Below are positions 51,001 through 64,000 of a stretch of 64,000 bases of DNA, in pieces. This DNA is from Selaginella moellendorffii (taxonomy: Eukaryota; Plantae; Lycopodiophyta): the NCBI RefSeq assembly GCF_000143415.4, contig NW_003314291.1:1344517-1408516 (forward strand). The letters are read 5' to 3'. Within the stretch, counting starts at the first letter, position 1; every line of letters begins with the position of its first letter. The notes under the pieces were generated by a model that was not told the DNA's origin, searched no databases, and was given only the letters and a program-made list of their open reading frames with translations. A program made the translations under genes and the position numbers.

Positions 51001-54000
51001 TCACGACCAAGCCACACCACCTTAAATAGTTCAATTTCAACATTTTGAACCAGGAACTTCATTCCTTAGCCAACCAAGGACCTTGTCCTTATCTGGCCAT
51101 AAGATCACCTAGTGATCTCACCTTGGCACCTTAATAGAGTTGCTAAGAGGTACTTGGTCTTCTAGACCTCCAAGTTGTTGACTATAACCCCGGGGGCATC
51201 CCCCACACTTGGCGGTGCACCCAAGCCAGCCCTTACGGCCAAGGGTTCATAGCAACTGAGATTAGGTGTCCCCATCTCACTCACCACGACCTTGGTGCCA
51301 CTTGCACCAAAACGTTCAAGTTAGATATACTGAGCTTTCACACTAAGTAATCTAACCGTGCATCACGACTCCGAGGCATCCCTCGCTTGGCGGTGTGCCC
51401 AAACCAGTCTCCCCACTGAGAGTCCATGACCACCGAAATATAAGTGTCCTCATATTCCAAACCATCACCACGCCCTAGTGATTTGGGACTCGAACCCAAG
51501 CACTAGAGGGTCGGGACTCAAACCCAACCTCCGTATATGCATCTATGGACGGCATCACACAAGATGCCTGGCGTGACTCCCCACGCCGGTGCACCAACTT
51601 ATTTTTAAAGCGCGCTACAGATCACAGTTTAGGAACCTAGTTCCTCCACACTGCCAAGTCCTCTCACTTGACATGTCTGTGATCATGCATGGACTCCTCC
51701 ATGCTCAGCCCCATGGCCCACCCTTTTTGAAGTTATCACCTTCAACTAGGGTATTTGTTCCCCCGACGTGCCAATCTCGTTTGGCAAGTCCTCCGACCAC
51801 TGTAACATGGTTCCTGCATAAGCGTGAAAGTCCTTGACCATCGACTTTCGTTCAAAGCCCTCTCTTTGAACACTCGGGAACTACTTCCCTAACCTTGATA
51901 GCCTTGCCTCATGGCAAGCTTCAAGACCACGCTTCTGCTGCGCCACTTTGATTTTGCGTGTTCCATGAACCATTTACACTTGGCCTTTCTAGGTACTAAG
52001 CTACCTAGAATCGTCTTTGGGAACCTTGAAGGAACTCTGTCCCTCAGCTTGCTAAGGCCTCCCTTTTTGCAAGCCTTCCAAATGCCACATAGTCTAACAT
52101 GGACAATTCCATATTTTAGACTCTCCATGGCATCACGGTTGCTAGCGGCAATACCCTCGAGCCCCCACTTGATTCTCCACTCCCAGCTGGCATAACTAAC
52201 CTTGGTTATGCACTTTGATTCCTACGGTTCGGTTCTATCCCCTTACTTCTTGCTTTTTGGCTTCACACCTTTCCTTTGGTCATTCTCCTCCAGACCAGGA
52301 GGATAGCTTTGCACTTTCTATCATGCTTTAGCAAGTATTCTTAGGGATGAACCTACCCAATAGCCTAGGGAGTGGTTCCTCAATCCGGGTATGCTCACCT
52401 TATAATCCCACACACTGGGATTACATTATTGCTTATGGGCCTTTACATGCCCATCACTAGCCTTGCCAAAATTCCATTTTTGGCTTTGTCCAACTCGGGT
52501 AGACAGTCCTCTCCTGTCTCCGCAACCTTGGACATTTGGATAGCACCTTCTATCCATCATTCGCTAGGGATTTAGTCCCTTGGGCTTTATCCATTGCCCT
52601 CGCGACATCAAACACCACCTTCTGGTGTTCTAGAGTGTTCGGGTGTCCCAATGATGGCTTTCTTGACAATGAGTATTTCCTTTTATGACATTGACTTACT
52701 ATATCGCAACACAAGCAACTTATCCCCCGTAAGGGTATATCCAACTTCCCTATGCTATTAAGAAGTCTTGGGTAGCTACCTTCTACCCGTTTAACCAGTT
52801 ATTTTGCACCTCTTGCTTAGTTGCCTCATAGTTGTCAAGTCCTACAACTCATTGCTTGGTGTTTTCACACCTCCATCATTATCTGGGTCACCACACTCCA
52901 ACTGCATGCTCTGCAGCTTAGGCTATGCTATTCCCATTTCCATTGGGATTCCTTTGGCAAGGGGTTCTCATGAACCCACCAACATAGCCTCAAGGTATCA
53001 CACCTTGGCACATTTGGTGTCTCCACACCATCGGCTCCACGAGCCTACCTCTATGACATTTCCCCTTCGTGTCTAAGTCTTTGCCAAGACCAACACTGCT
53101 CTTTCTCATGCCAACCATCCGTTAGCACTGCACCATAGAGGTCACACACAACTTTATGTCAAAGTTGTTTTCTTCTGGGAACACCTTTCCCATAACTTTA
53201 GCATGGCACATTTTGCCATCGATGAGATACCCTCTGTTCTCATCCTTGGATCCTATGATCCCCCCCCATCCTTTGTGGGGTACAACACACCACAGTCCAA
53301 ATGCTTCCATCAGTCCTTTTAGGACCATCCGTTGACTCTACTTGAGTCATCCAGCAGTTTTGGACTTGGTTAATCCACAGACCCGTAAGGTCCTACTTGT
53401 GAGGCACTAGCTCACTGGAATACACTTCTTGCATTCCTGTCCTACTCAAAAGGACTATTTTCACAAGTGTTACTCCGACACTTGATTTTGTTCTCTGGGG
53501 GCAACCTTTGCCCCTTAGGACTACTTATCCATGTGATGAGAACACCAACTCATCCACTTAATACACCCCCAACTCCTTGGGTTGTTCCAGCATTTATTAG
53601 AGGTAGCCCCGGCTACCTTTTCAAGGACTTGAGTCCTCTTCCGTATTTGACCTCCCACGGTCATTACTTCTGGTCTCACATTCATGAGCACCAACCTCAA
53701 CTATATGAGGAAAATCTTGTGACTCCTTTATTGCTTTGGAGTCTTTATCTTTCCCGTGATCCCAACTGTAGTTGTTTACCACAACTACATTAGCCAGTTT
53801 GCTAAGTCAAACGCTTATCTGGATCACATCCTCAACTCTTTGAGGAAAACCATATACTGTTCCCAAGATCCCAAAGTCGTTCCATTATTGGCTCTTTTCT
53901 ATCCACCACCTTGTCTACAAGTTCACACATGAACTGTAATGGAGAGCTATATCTTCCCAACCTGCTACTCCTCAAGGATAGACCCACTTTTTGGACCTTT

Positions 54001-55862
54001 CGTTGCCAACACCAGTGGTGATATACTTGAGCACCAATAAAAGTCGGACTAAGGAACAGCTCCGATACCAAATTGTAAGGGACTAAATTTTCCATTCTAC
54101 TTTAGTCACTTAACCACACCTCCGACCACTTGGAGGAGTCTCATTCACAACCTCCATAAGCCCAACTCAGGACTTGGGGCTTGCTAGCCCCGAGAATGGC
54201 ATCCATGCCACTCAACCTTAGCACTTGGTCCAAGTGCTTCACGTGTCCGATCCCATGATCGACACCCCAAGGTACCACCGACATATCGGCCCGTTACGCT
54301 AAGGCCATGCCCATTTACCTTGGTCACACTGGTGGTCCAACACCACCTACATTCCAATCCCTTCTCTCAAAGACTGGGTCATCCATCCATGAGTGGTCAT
54401 CCCAGATCCACTCCTTAACATCCTTAGGATGCCTACAGACATGGGGAATAGCCTTCCCCAATATCTCCGTTCCGGTCCCCACCAGGTCCCTTTCTGTCCT
54501 TGGCTGTGTTTGCCAACACTGCCACTAGATCGAGGCCCACCGGCCCGACCACTAAGTCCCACTATCCTCTAGGACTTCCTCACTGTGTGACTGTGTCCTT
54601 GGTCACCACACCGGAGGGCTACCCCTCTTCCTTTCCACAGTCTGGGACTTTGGGACACCATTTCGGAACACCGTGGCCTTACGCAAGCCTCATGGGTACT
54701 CTCCCCGCCTTTCGTCTTTAGGTGCTCTAGCCATGGGCTTAGAGCGAGGTTCCGTTGAGCCACACCAGGTATCCAAGTAGGTAGTGCCACCCACACTTGG
54801 ACTGGGAGCATCGGCCAGTCGATCTCCCGGGGGAACTAGAGCCGGCTCTTGAACACTTCACCAAGCTACCCCGCTTGTCGGTCTGTGTTCACTCTAGTCT
54901 TGGACTTCCCAATGGGCAGCTCATCACCCAACACTGGGTCCGGCCTTCCTGGGCCAAACTGGCCTTTCCTGGCCAAACTGGCTCCACTGCAGTCCTCCCC
55001 ATTACTATACTTTTGGAGCTCACCAAACCCCCAAGGGTCTGGGAGACGAACGCTTTGGGCTTTCACCCTCTCAGGCTCCGAACTCGGACTCGGACTCGGA
55101 CTCGGACTCGGACTCGGACTCGGACTCGGACTCGGACTCGGACTCGGACTCGGACTCGGGCTCGGGCTCGGTCTCGGCCTCGGCCTCGGTCTCGGTCTCG
55201 GTCCCGATCTCGGTCTCGGTCTCGGTCTTGGTCTCGGTCTCGGTCCCGGTCTCGGTCTCGACTTCGGACTCCATCTCGGACTCCATCTCGGACTCCATCT
55301 CGGACTCCATCTCGGACTCCATCTCGGGTCCATCTCGGACTCCATCTCGGTCTCCATTTCGGGTCCATCTCGGGTCCACCTCGGACTCCATCTCGGACTC
55401 CATCTCGGACTCCATCTCGGGTCCATTTCGGACTCCACTTCGGACTCCAACTCGGGTCCATCTCGGGTCCACCTCGGACTCCACTTCGGACTCCATCTCG
55501 GACTCCATCTCGGGTCCATCTCAGACTCCACTTCGGACTCCAACTCAGGTCCATCTCGGACTCCACTTCGGACTCCAACTCGGGTCCATCTCGGACTCCA
55601 CTTCGGACTCCAACTCGGGTCCATCTTGGACACTCCCACGTGTCATGTGTTGGTCCTTTTGGGTCCCTTTTTGGAGCCTCGCCTTTTGCTCGCTTCATGC
55701 TCGTTCCTCGAGCACTTCGTTGGGAGTTCCACTCCCGCTCTTGACTTTTCAAGTCGGAGCTTTTGGTCCAAACGTGATACGCTCGTTTGGCTCTCGCTTC
55801 GGCCACTACCATGTGGTGCCCTTCCAGCTCCACTTTGGGGCCTAGGGATTTTGTGTCTCACA
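48030..55862 (-). mobile_element. Young, structurally complete non-autonomous LTR retroelement (LARD-like)
   Basis: LTRs 48030-49973 and 54074-55862 with TG..CA ends; perfect TSD ACACC; PBS TGGTATCGGAGC (tRNA-iMet type) on - at about 54059-54070; PPT on - at about 49974-49985; the 4.1-kb interior has no long ORF. Confidence 0.93.
49056..49742. repeat. (GACTCG)n microsatellite grading into a CTCGGACTCCAT 12-mer / higher-order array inside the LTR (also 55080-55630 and 16540-17100)
   Basis: About 24 pure hexamers in one LTR versus about 12 in the other. Confidence 0.95.
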
Positions 55863-58800
55863 ACACCGCCTTAGCTTTTGCTAAGTTCCCTCACCAAAGT
55901 TCCCACCTATTGTACCAGCTTCTACCTGGTTCTACTTGGTTTCAACTACTTATTGCATGAGCAACAGAGTGTTGGTCATCCATCTACGGATTCCCAATCT
56001 CTCCCAATCCCCCTCTCTAAGTTAAATTGGACTTACATCTTGCTATTGGCCTCCTCAAAGGGAGCCATAGTAAACAAGGCCAATGGCAACTGAGTGACAG
56101 TAATTTATTTATACAATATCATATAGCATCTCATTGACAAGTACTGCCTAAACTATTAAAAGCAAGCCCAAGTGTTTGAGGAGAAGGATGTTTAGGAACA
56201 TAAGCCATTATTTTCTTTAAGTTCCTTCCTCACAAATATATATTGTGGTCCTTGTAATTGTAGTTGTTACAAATGCCTTAACTATAAACAATGACCCTTT
56301 AGTGATAGAGATATTCCTCTCAAAGCTAGTTGTGCAAAAACCAAACCAAAATGAGAATAATAGCATTATCAAGGAAGATGACTTTACAAATGAAGAAGAG
56401 AATATTCTTCGACTGCCAAAGAAAACTCTCTTGACACCACACAATAAACATCACTAAAGTCGAAAACCAAGATGATGGTGGGGATAAACCATACCAAGGA
56501 TCTCTATTGAGATCCTTGTCATCAAAGATAGTGGTACTATGCCATGCAATTGGTAAAAATCATCAATACAAATGAATTATACCTTCATTTTCTGTTTTCT
56601 GAGTGCAAATCAATTATTGTTAGTATATGATAGCAATAGTAGAAGCTTTGAAGATGATGGTGTGCCTCCAACCCTCCTTTTTAGAGGGAAGCAACTCCAC
56701 TCCACTTACTCTTATATAACTTATTTGTAGTAGAATAAGTCAATTGGAAATCTTACCATTAAAAATTGCATTAATGTTTGTATGTAAACTACTGGAGCAT
56801 CAACAATAATGGATAACACCACCAAGGTGTTCAATGCCACTATTTACCTAAACACCCAAGATAGTGCCAATTTCATTATATTACATCATAAGAAAGTTGT
56901 TATCTTATAGGATGGTACTATTGCACTTAAGCTGAGAGTATAGAGAGACACTAAAGTTCATTTGCAAGTTTAATAGCTAAAACATAAACTTTTCAGTTGT
57001 TTTCACATAAAGAGCACAAGTGATGAGGAGATGTTTTATGTTGTTGCTAGACACCTTAAGTTCCACTAGGCCAAAGGTGAAATATTTTTTCAACATATGC
57101 TTATTACCTAAACCATGCTTCATTGGCAAGATTGGGAGAGTGTCTTCTTTAAGTTTAGCTTTTCAAAAGCACAATACAAAGTGTGTTTTGGGACAACACA
57201 ATTTAGCAACTTTTTGCTAAAGGAGACACTAATATACTTCCTTCAATTATTAACTCTATAATAGCATGGTTCATTGAGAAGAGATGCATGTGCTTATGTT
57301 ATAAAAATTGCCATTATTTTATTGTTTTGTGCAGGGACTTATATAAGAATCAAACAGCTGTACAACAATTGAAACATCTATTTCACATTATTGAATACTC
57401 TATTATAAATTTTCCCACTTTTGCATTGAGAAGGCTATGTTTTAGCTATACAAATTTGTTTGCACATGGTGCAATTTGGTAAGACAAATGAGGGAACACC
57501 AATTATAAATCAATCCATTATTTACCAAAATGTAAAATGGCTTTAAATAATTAAATTAACTATTTTCAATTCACCTTTAGTGCTAATCTTCATACTGAGT
57601 TATAAAGTGGTCTATACATATAAAATTGGAGGAGCTTTGGTCTAGGAGAACACCATAATAGATGTGGGCGAACCACATATAAAAGTTATTAAGGTGGTTG
57701 ATTGCTAGATTCTTCACACATTCCATTACAAAGTAGTCTATGCATATGAGATTGAAAGAGCTTTGGTCTAAGACACCACAATAGATATAGTTGGGCCATA
57801 TATAAATGCTATGTTCAGTCGATTCTAGGATTGGCAAATTTAATTTTCACTTACTTTGTGTTACAAGTACACAAACTGTTTGTACTTAGAAAAGGAGCCA
57901 AGTATTGGCATTTTTGGATGTTTTACATTATAGGACATTAGTGTAAATTTTTAAGTTTAAGCTTTTTAACTTTAAGTATCCCAAAACTATTAATCGATTG
58001 GAAAAGAGGGTGCACTTTTGTTGACAAACCTTTTCCTTTTATATTTATATTCTTATGAATTATCTTTCGTTGGTTAGTTATTATTCTAAGCCTTCAAATA
58101 CAATACACAAGTATCCTAAGGGTGTATAATTGCAATAATGGAAATTGCAGCTAAAGAGGTTTCAGATAAGAATGATTGATAACTTAGTTAAAGAGGACTA
58201 TATAAGATAAACTTCAAGGCATGCATACCACATATTTGGAATGCACTTAACTAAGATGTATCAAATCTAAAGTCGAAGGGTGATTAGCACAAGTTTATAG
58301 ATTCCATATTAAAGAACTTAGCAACTACTAACTATAATATAGTTCTTGAGCCTAGACTTGCCAAACTTGGTGAAGATTATAAATAGGTTGTGGAGGTATG
58401 CATGGTTAGGGTGGTGTGGCATTACCTATTCATGGAGTCAAACACAATAGGAAATTTACTCTGAGAAGGCTTCCAACATGTAATATATATGGAAGTTTGA
58501 TAAAAGCTTTACAAGTATCTAGGTGGGTTTTCACTTATTAGCACAAATGCTTTGCTACAAACCTTTCAAGTAAGGACAATCATTCATTAATCTTTGATTG
58601 GGATTTTGGAGAGAACTTCTACAATTGAATTAAAGACATCATTTGATATAACTATTTTCTCCTACATGCAATTGAACAATTGTATATTTTAAGCATTTTA
58701 TCTGAATAATCCCAAAGAGTTATCCAAGTTCTAATATTTCATGATTAATTCGTTGAGTTTTAATTAAGAGAGCCTATTTAGATCTAAGTTGAGACACTAG

Positions 58801-60055
58801 GTATATTGTATGCTCGATTTCCCAACTTCTCCACATGGATATAAAATGTTTTCTTCCCACTAATGTATTTGTTGATGGGGTGGACCAAACACAAGATCCA
58901 CCAAGCTTTAGAATCTAGGTTATTAAAGTACTATAATTTAGGCATTTTTTTTCTATGATAATATAAATAAATAACATATTGAAATTAATATAGTTGCTTG
59001 ACATTTTGAAAAAGACTCTTTCCAATTCAACTTAATTCATCAGTGAAATATTTAAAATATTTTACAAATGCTGATTATAAACACTTGTAGCCCATGGTAC
59101 CATTGCAGCTTCAAGGGTAATCACTATAACTTTCAAAGTAACTAGAACCAAAATCACCTTTTAGGACCATAAACTTATTATCGCTTGCATCTCAAGCAAT
59201 AATATGTCCCTTACTATTGTTTTCTTCAGTACGGTGTTTAATAATCTCCCTCCCCCCAAAGCACAACATTAAAAGAAGACTTGGGTTGGCTTGTTAGAAG
59301 GATTGTCAAACTATGGGAGGAGGAAGTATTATATAAAATCCTCAATTTTGTGCTTTGTTAGATTTATTATTTGCCATGCTAGGAGGAAACTCAAAAACCT
59401 TAATCATTGTAAATTGATAGTTTTGCCTCATGCTTACAAAATTTAAATATTGAAACTATTATGATTGGAAAAGTATTCAAAGTATCCACTACTGTTGCTC
59501 TTTTCACCTGAATGTTATTGCATGCAATTGCAATTTCCATATTCTAAACATATTGCTTTTAAGAGAAGGTGTTAATGAAGACTAAAACTATGATCAAGAA
59601 GATGAGCATGAAGTGAGTGGTTAGACACCATTAATCTAGGACCAACAAAGGTGTCGCTAAATTTTATATACCATAAGCAAAATTTATGACAGTTTCTGGA
59701 TCCATATGTGAGTAATTAGTAGATGTGAACAAATAAGATCCCAACTAAAACATTCATAACTCAAGTTTAGCATAATGGATTATCATTGAGAATCAAGTTA
59801 AAGTTACTTAACTATTACTACTTACAAGTAGAATAGGTACACATCATATATAAACCCTTAGAATGACCTGGACTTGACCTTGACCTGACTTGACTAGCCC
59901 GGACTTTGAACACGGCCGTGGCCTTAACGCATACGTCAACAGCGTATGAAGACCGTATGTGCAGACCAGACTATAACTTGCGTGGGAACGTGGAGTTCCT
60001 CAGGCCAAAAGTTTGGGCTTTTGCAAACTCGAGTGGAGTGAAGATAGATCGATCA

Positions 60056-60517
60056 ATGGAGCTAAAAGCTGCAGTTTTGCCTGTTGTGCTTGTGCTTGGA
60101 ATGATACTTCACGTTGCAATGGCTGCACAAGGAACCGCAACGTACTATGACTCTCCATACACACGTAAGTTGATCATTTTTGTGATTCCATCCATGCATG
60201 ATCGCCAATTTTCTCTTTGCTTTGCAGCAAATGCCTGTGCAGATAACAACCTTCCGGCTGATCATATGTTTGCAGCGGGCAGTGCTGCGATTTACATGGG
60301 CGGCAGAGGCTGTGGAGACATGTACACCGTCAAATGTGTTCGGCAGAACAACCAGGGGCCCTATGGTTGCACCAGCAATCCTGGTCCTTACACCATCAAG
60401 ATTGTGGATTACTGCCCCGAGGGTTGCAATGGGACTTTTGATTTGCCTCACGAGCTGTTCCAGAAGATGGCCGATCCAAATGCCGGCAACATCATTGTGG
60501 AGTATCAGAAGATTTGA
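60056..60517 (+). CDS. EG45-like / PNP-like protein, duplicate copy
   Basis: Near-identical to 45443-45905. Confidence 0.92.
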   Translation: MELKAAVLPVVLVLGMILHVAMAAQGTATYYDSPYTRKLIIFVIPSMHDRQFSLCFAANACADNNLPADHMFAAGSAAIYMGGRGCGDMYTVKCVRQNNQGPYGCTSNPGPYTIKIVDYCPEGCNGTFDLPHELFQKMADPNAGNIIVEYQKI

Positions 60518-60967
60518 CTTATATAAATCCCACAAAGGATGGTGAGCAAGAGCGACAAAGCAAAGAAATAAGAATGTAATAAAACTTGGGAAGGGACAAC
60601 CAGGTTCTAGAAAGCATTGTTTTTGTGCTTTGATTCGTGTTTATTTGTTGTTGTTGAGTTGCTCTTGTTGGTAAGTCCCGGGGACTTTTCAGTCCCATCC
60701 CAAAAGAGCACACAAAGATTTCTTGCAAGGAAAAAGAAGAAAACAAGGAGAATCACAAAAGAACAAGACCAGACCCAACGCAGTATCACACCTTTCTCTT
60801 TTCTAGTAGAGATGCCAAGTTTCTTTCAATACTGCAACATTCTAACAACCTTTTGGACCCAATCTCACAGGAATTTCGCAATCGCAGCGATGTCAGCACT
60901 AGGTGCGATTCAACGAAATTTCTTTCTGTTTTTGGCTTCTTAGGGTTTTGGAGAGGGGAGGGATTGG

Positions 60968-63044
60968 ATGAAGCTGGCGCTCCCGCAGCAGCAGCTCTGG
61001 CGACTGCCGCATCGCATTGGCACTCGGTTCGTTCATTCGTTGCCGCCGTGCTCTTGCGCAGCACCAGAGGGAGGGGGAAGAGGAGGTAGCATTTACGCAC
61101 TTTCGATTCGTTTCTCTCATTGTTTCCTTGAAATGTAGGTGATCTTCTTTCTGGTGTTCACCAGCCTGCGGTTCCCAGACCGACTCTCACCGATGATGAG
61201 CTCCGATTGTTTAAGGAATTGCATCCATCGGTATGTCCAACAATTCAAAAGAAGGGAAGCCTTAGATTGTCTTCTAGGTGCAAAGTCAGCAGCCAGATGT
61301 GGGAGCGTTTCAGCAACTCCCAATGGTTGTTCCTGCCGAAGAGATTTTGGCTTCCGCATTGAAAGCTGCCAAAAGGGTTCCGCCGTCCAAAGGTGTGATT
61401 GAGTTTTTCGCAGTTTATCTGTTTTTCTTCTTCCCATTTCATCTGTGTTCCTTCACGACGAGCTCACAGCCATCTCAAACATCGCCAAGAGGGAGCGAAA
61501 CCGCGGAGCAAGGCAGCTGGATGCGTTGATGAAGGTGAGCTCCATTCTTTGTTTATGTTGGGTGCGGGAATTATCGGTGTTCTCTTCGCAGGAACTCTCA
61601 GTCCCTCTTACGACTTACTTCAAAAAGTTCCCCAGGAGCTACGAATTACATGCGTATGAGAGGTCGCTTTTAGAGTTCACACTCGGAAAAGGCAAGTACG
61701 AAGAGGTACTATTTACTCGCACTTGGATTTCACATCTAGTGTGTGTTGTTTCATGCTTGTACTGAAGCAGATCCTTGGCAACGTTTTAACTCTGAGGAAA
61801 AAGCTGACTCTGTGCGGGAAGAATATGGCCTCGCTGTGCTCCAAGGTGAGCTCACGTCGCCTCTCTGGCATTTGCTTACTCTCGTGAACCAACTATTTGA
61901 TGCAGTCAAGCACCAGAAGGGAGGCTGCAGATCTAAAAGATGAGGTGCTCTTTCTTTCTGCTCTTGGATAAAAGTCTTACCACCACTTGTGCAGGGATTT
62001 CACGAGATGACTGTTGTGTTCCACGAGCACGTTCAGTACCTTGAGGATCTGAAAGAGACAGCTAAGGTTGACACCTTTGATTGCATTTATAGCGGGATCA
62101 GAGAATTTACTAGGTTTACAGACTCTCAGGAAGCTCCCGGTTGTCAATCCTCGCGACCCAATTCTATGCCTAGTCGGAGCTCCGAATGTTGGTAAATCCT
62201 CTTTGGTGCGGGTGCTCTCTACGGGAAAGCCAGAGGTTGGAACTTCTTTTTCGGTTTTTGAGTATGTTTCGCTAACTGGGTATCGACCATGCAGGTTTGT
62301 AACTATCCATTCACAACAAGAGCTATTTCCATGGGTCATATAATGGATTATGCTTTTTCTTACCAGGTAAGGTGTAAGAACGGCTTTTTATACAGTCCAA
62401 GCGTCACCAACCTAATTTGTTCAGGTTACAGATACTCCAGGTCTGCTCAACAGGATTGATGGTGCGACTATAAAACTTGTCGTTTCATTTTCCTCTTCGC
62501 TCTGTTGCTAACAGCATTGTATATAACCAGCGGACCGAAACGACATGGAGAAGTTGACTTTAGCGGCACTAGCTTATCTCCCAACGGCTGTTTTATACGT
62601 GCACGACCTTACGGGAGAATGTGGTACTAGCGTGCAGGACCAGGTAAAAGCTGGAAATTTTAGTTCATGGCCGGTACTTTACACGATTGCGCAATGAACT
62701 TGCAGTTTTATATCTATAAAGAAATTCGAGGAAGATTTCCAAGCCGGCCTTGGATCGACGTGGTGTCTAAGGCTGATCTCCTGGAAGTGCCAGCTCTTCG
62801 TGATGGCGAAGAAGTGGATGAGATTGTCCGGTACAAAACTTGTGGACCACCTGGAGCGCTGTGGGTATCAGTGGAGACAAAGCACAACGTTTCCGAGGTA
62901 ATGTTCTATATCGAAACGTTTATAAGCAAGAAAAGAAACTCACGGAGTTGGCGCTTATTGCAGCTGTCATCGAGGGTTTTGGAAATGCTGAGAAGTATCT
63001 CGGATCAAAGTAAAGAGAAAGCCGCTGTGGATGAGGAGTCATAA
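60968..63044 (+). CDS. PDE318: NOG1-family organellar GTP-binding protein (PDE318-like), apparently intact multi-exon copy
   Basis: Transit-peptide-like N-terminus; VGAFQQLPMV; G1 GAPNVGKS; G2 YPFTT; G3 DTPG; G4 SKAD; many short GT-AG introns. Confidence 0.85.
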
Positions 63045-63254
63045 CATTATCCACTGCTCGTTCTAGCAACCATTCAAGCAAAATGGAGCTAAAGCTGTGA
63101 GTTTTCGATTTACTCAACACGAAATGATTTAAGCCTTTTAAGAAACTACTATACAGGTGAGTTTTTATCCGCAAGACGTGCCTCGTATAAATACTATGGT
63201 CGGATAAGGCTTGGCTGGCTGCTCTTTCGCTGCTAACTGACAGAAGCTCCTCTC

Positions 63255-63781
63255 ATGGCGACATCAGCAGCACTCTCCATCTCCAGCGGCACTGTTGCGT
63301 CGAGCTCGTGTCACGTAGGCGCTTACAGCAGAGGTTCAGTGGTGGGGATAAGTAGCAACGGAGGCCGACGTCGAGGACCCAAAGTGGTGTGTGCCGTTGG
63401 TGAGCTCTCATCGAACAGCACAAGCTACTTGATCGCCGGGGCAATTGGGATTGCAGTAATAGGAACTGCATTTCCCATCTTCTTCTCCCGCAAGGATCTG
63501 TGAGTAACGATCTGTTTTTCTCGTTTTTCAATTCATCCATGGCTGACTGATGTCCCTTGAGTTTTTTTCAGGTGCCCCGAGTGCGATGGAGCGGGATTCG
63601 TGAGGAAGACTGGTTCCAAGCTGACCGCGAACGCTGCAAGGAAGGATAACACCCAAATCGTGTGTGCTCGTTGCAATGGACTCGGAAAGCTGGGTAAGAT
63701 TTATTTATTTTTTTAACAGCTTAGGCAGTAAAGTTTTTGAGGATTGGATTGTTTGCATGCACAGCTCAAGTCGACAAGTGA
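63255..63781 (+). CDS. FIP: Thylakoid DnaJ-type zinc-finger protein (FtsH5-interacting protein-like), 3 exons
   Basis: Transit peptide, TM ending GTAFPIFFSRKD, CPECDGAGFVRK, ANAARKD..QIVCARCNGLGKL; introns 63500-63571 and about 63693-63764. Confidence 0.85.
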
Positions 63782-64000
63782 ATCAAAACGAGATTGTTGT
63801 TGTGATCTGTTTTCCTAGAGAATAGGGAGTGTTTTTAGTTTGTTGTTTGTCCGTTGGGTCGTTTCAGCGGCCTTGTGGAGCAAAACTGCCTTGTTTTGCT
63901 CTTCATTTCGACGTCATTCCTTGCGTGCTTTACAAAGGCTTGGATTCCTGGTTTCTTTCTTCTCCTCTTTCAGATACGTTATACGAAGCGAAGAAGACTT

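Larger units (their letters stand above)
46409..59835 (+). mobile_element. Degraded CACTA/EnSpm-like element, right terminus missing, interrupted by an LTR element
   Basis: Begins CACTATTCAAAA exactly where host similarity stops. AT-rich, with faint decayed transposase-like remnants at 57-59.5 kb. Confidence 0.45.

Noticed and set aside
59906-60055. N-terminal extension of EG45 copy 2 in the 203-aa ORF
   Set aside because: Starts at a non-ATG codon in promoter sequence, and the ORF reads through a 63-nt intron. The true start is the ATG at 60056 before the signal peptide.

Overview
Eukaryotic plant DNA. The very short (47-65 nt) GT-AG introns and compact genes suggest a lycophyte such as Selaginella, which is an inference. 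Bases 1-11.3 kb hold an apparently intact large DNA transposon. It has two divergent genes: a 1022-aa Sola/DUF7869-like DDE-type transposase (+), and a multi-exon protein of more than 1200 aa (-) with a ParB/Srx-like domain fused to a degenerate N6/N4-methyltransferase-like fold. About 20 copies of a 22-bp palindrome (ATGGCRTGWGGCCWCAYGCCAT) are spread through this element, many of them inside introns. Bases 11.4-36 kb are nested, degraded TEs (Gypsy, Copia, SWIM-type, solo LTR) with several reconstructable inversions and two N gaps. Bases 37-64 kb carry host genes: an RLCK-V-type receptor kinase and a tandemly duplicated block (EG45/PNP-like gene, PDE318/NOG1-like GTPase, FIP-like zinc finger, 12-Cys hevein). 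The block is split by a degraded CACTA-like element that contains a young non-autonomous LTR element with microsatellite-rich LTRs. All calls were made by eye from motifs; no searches were run.
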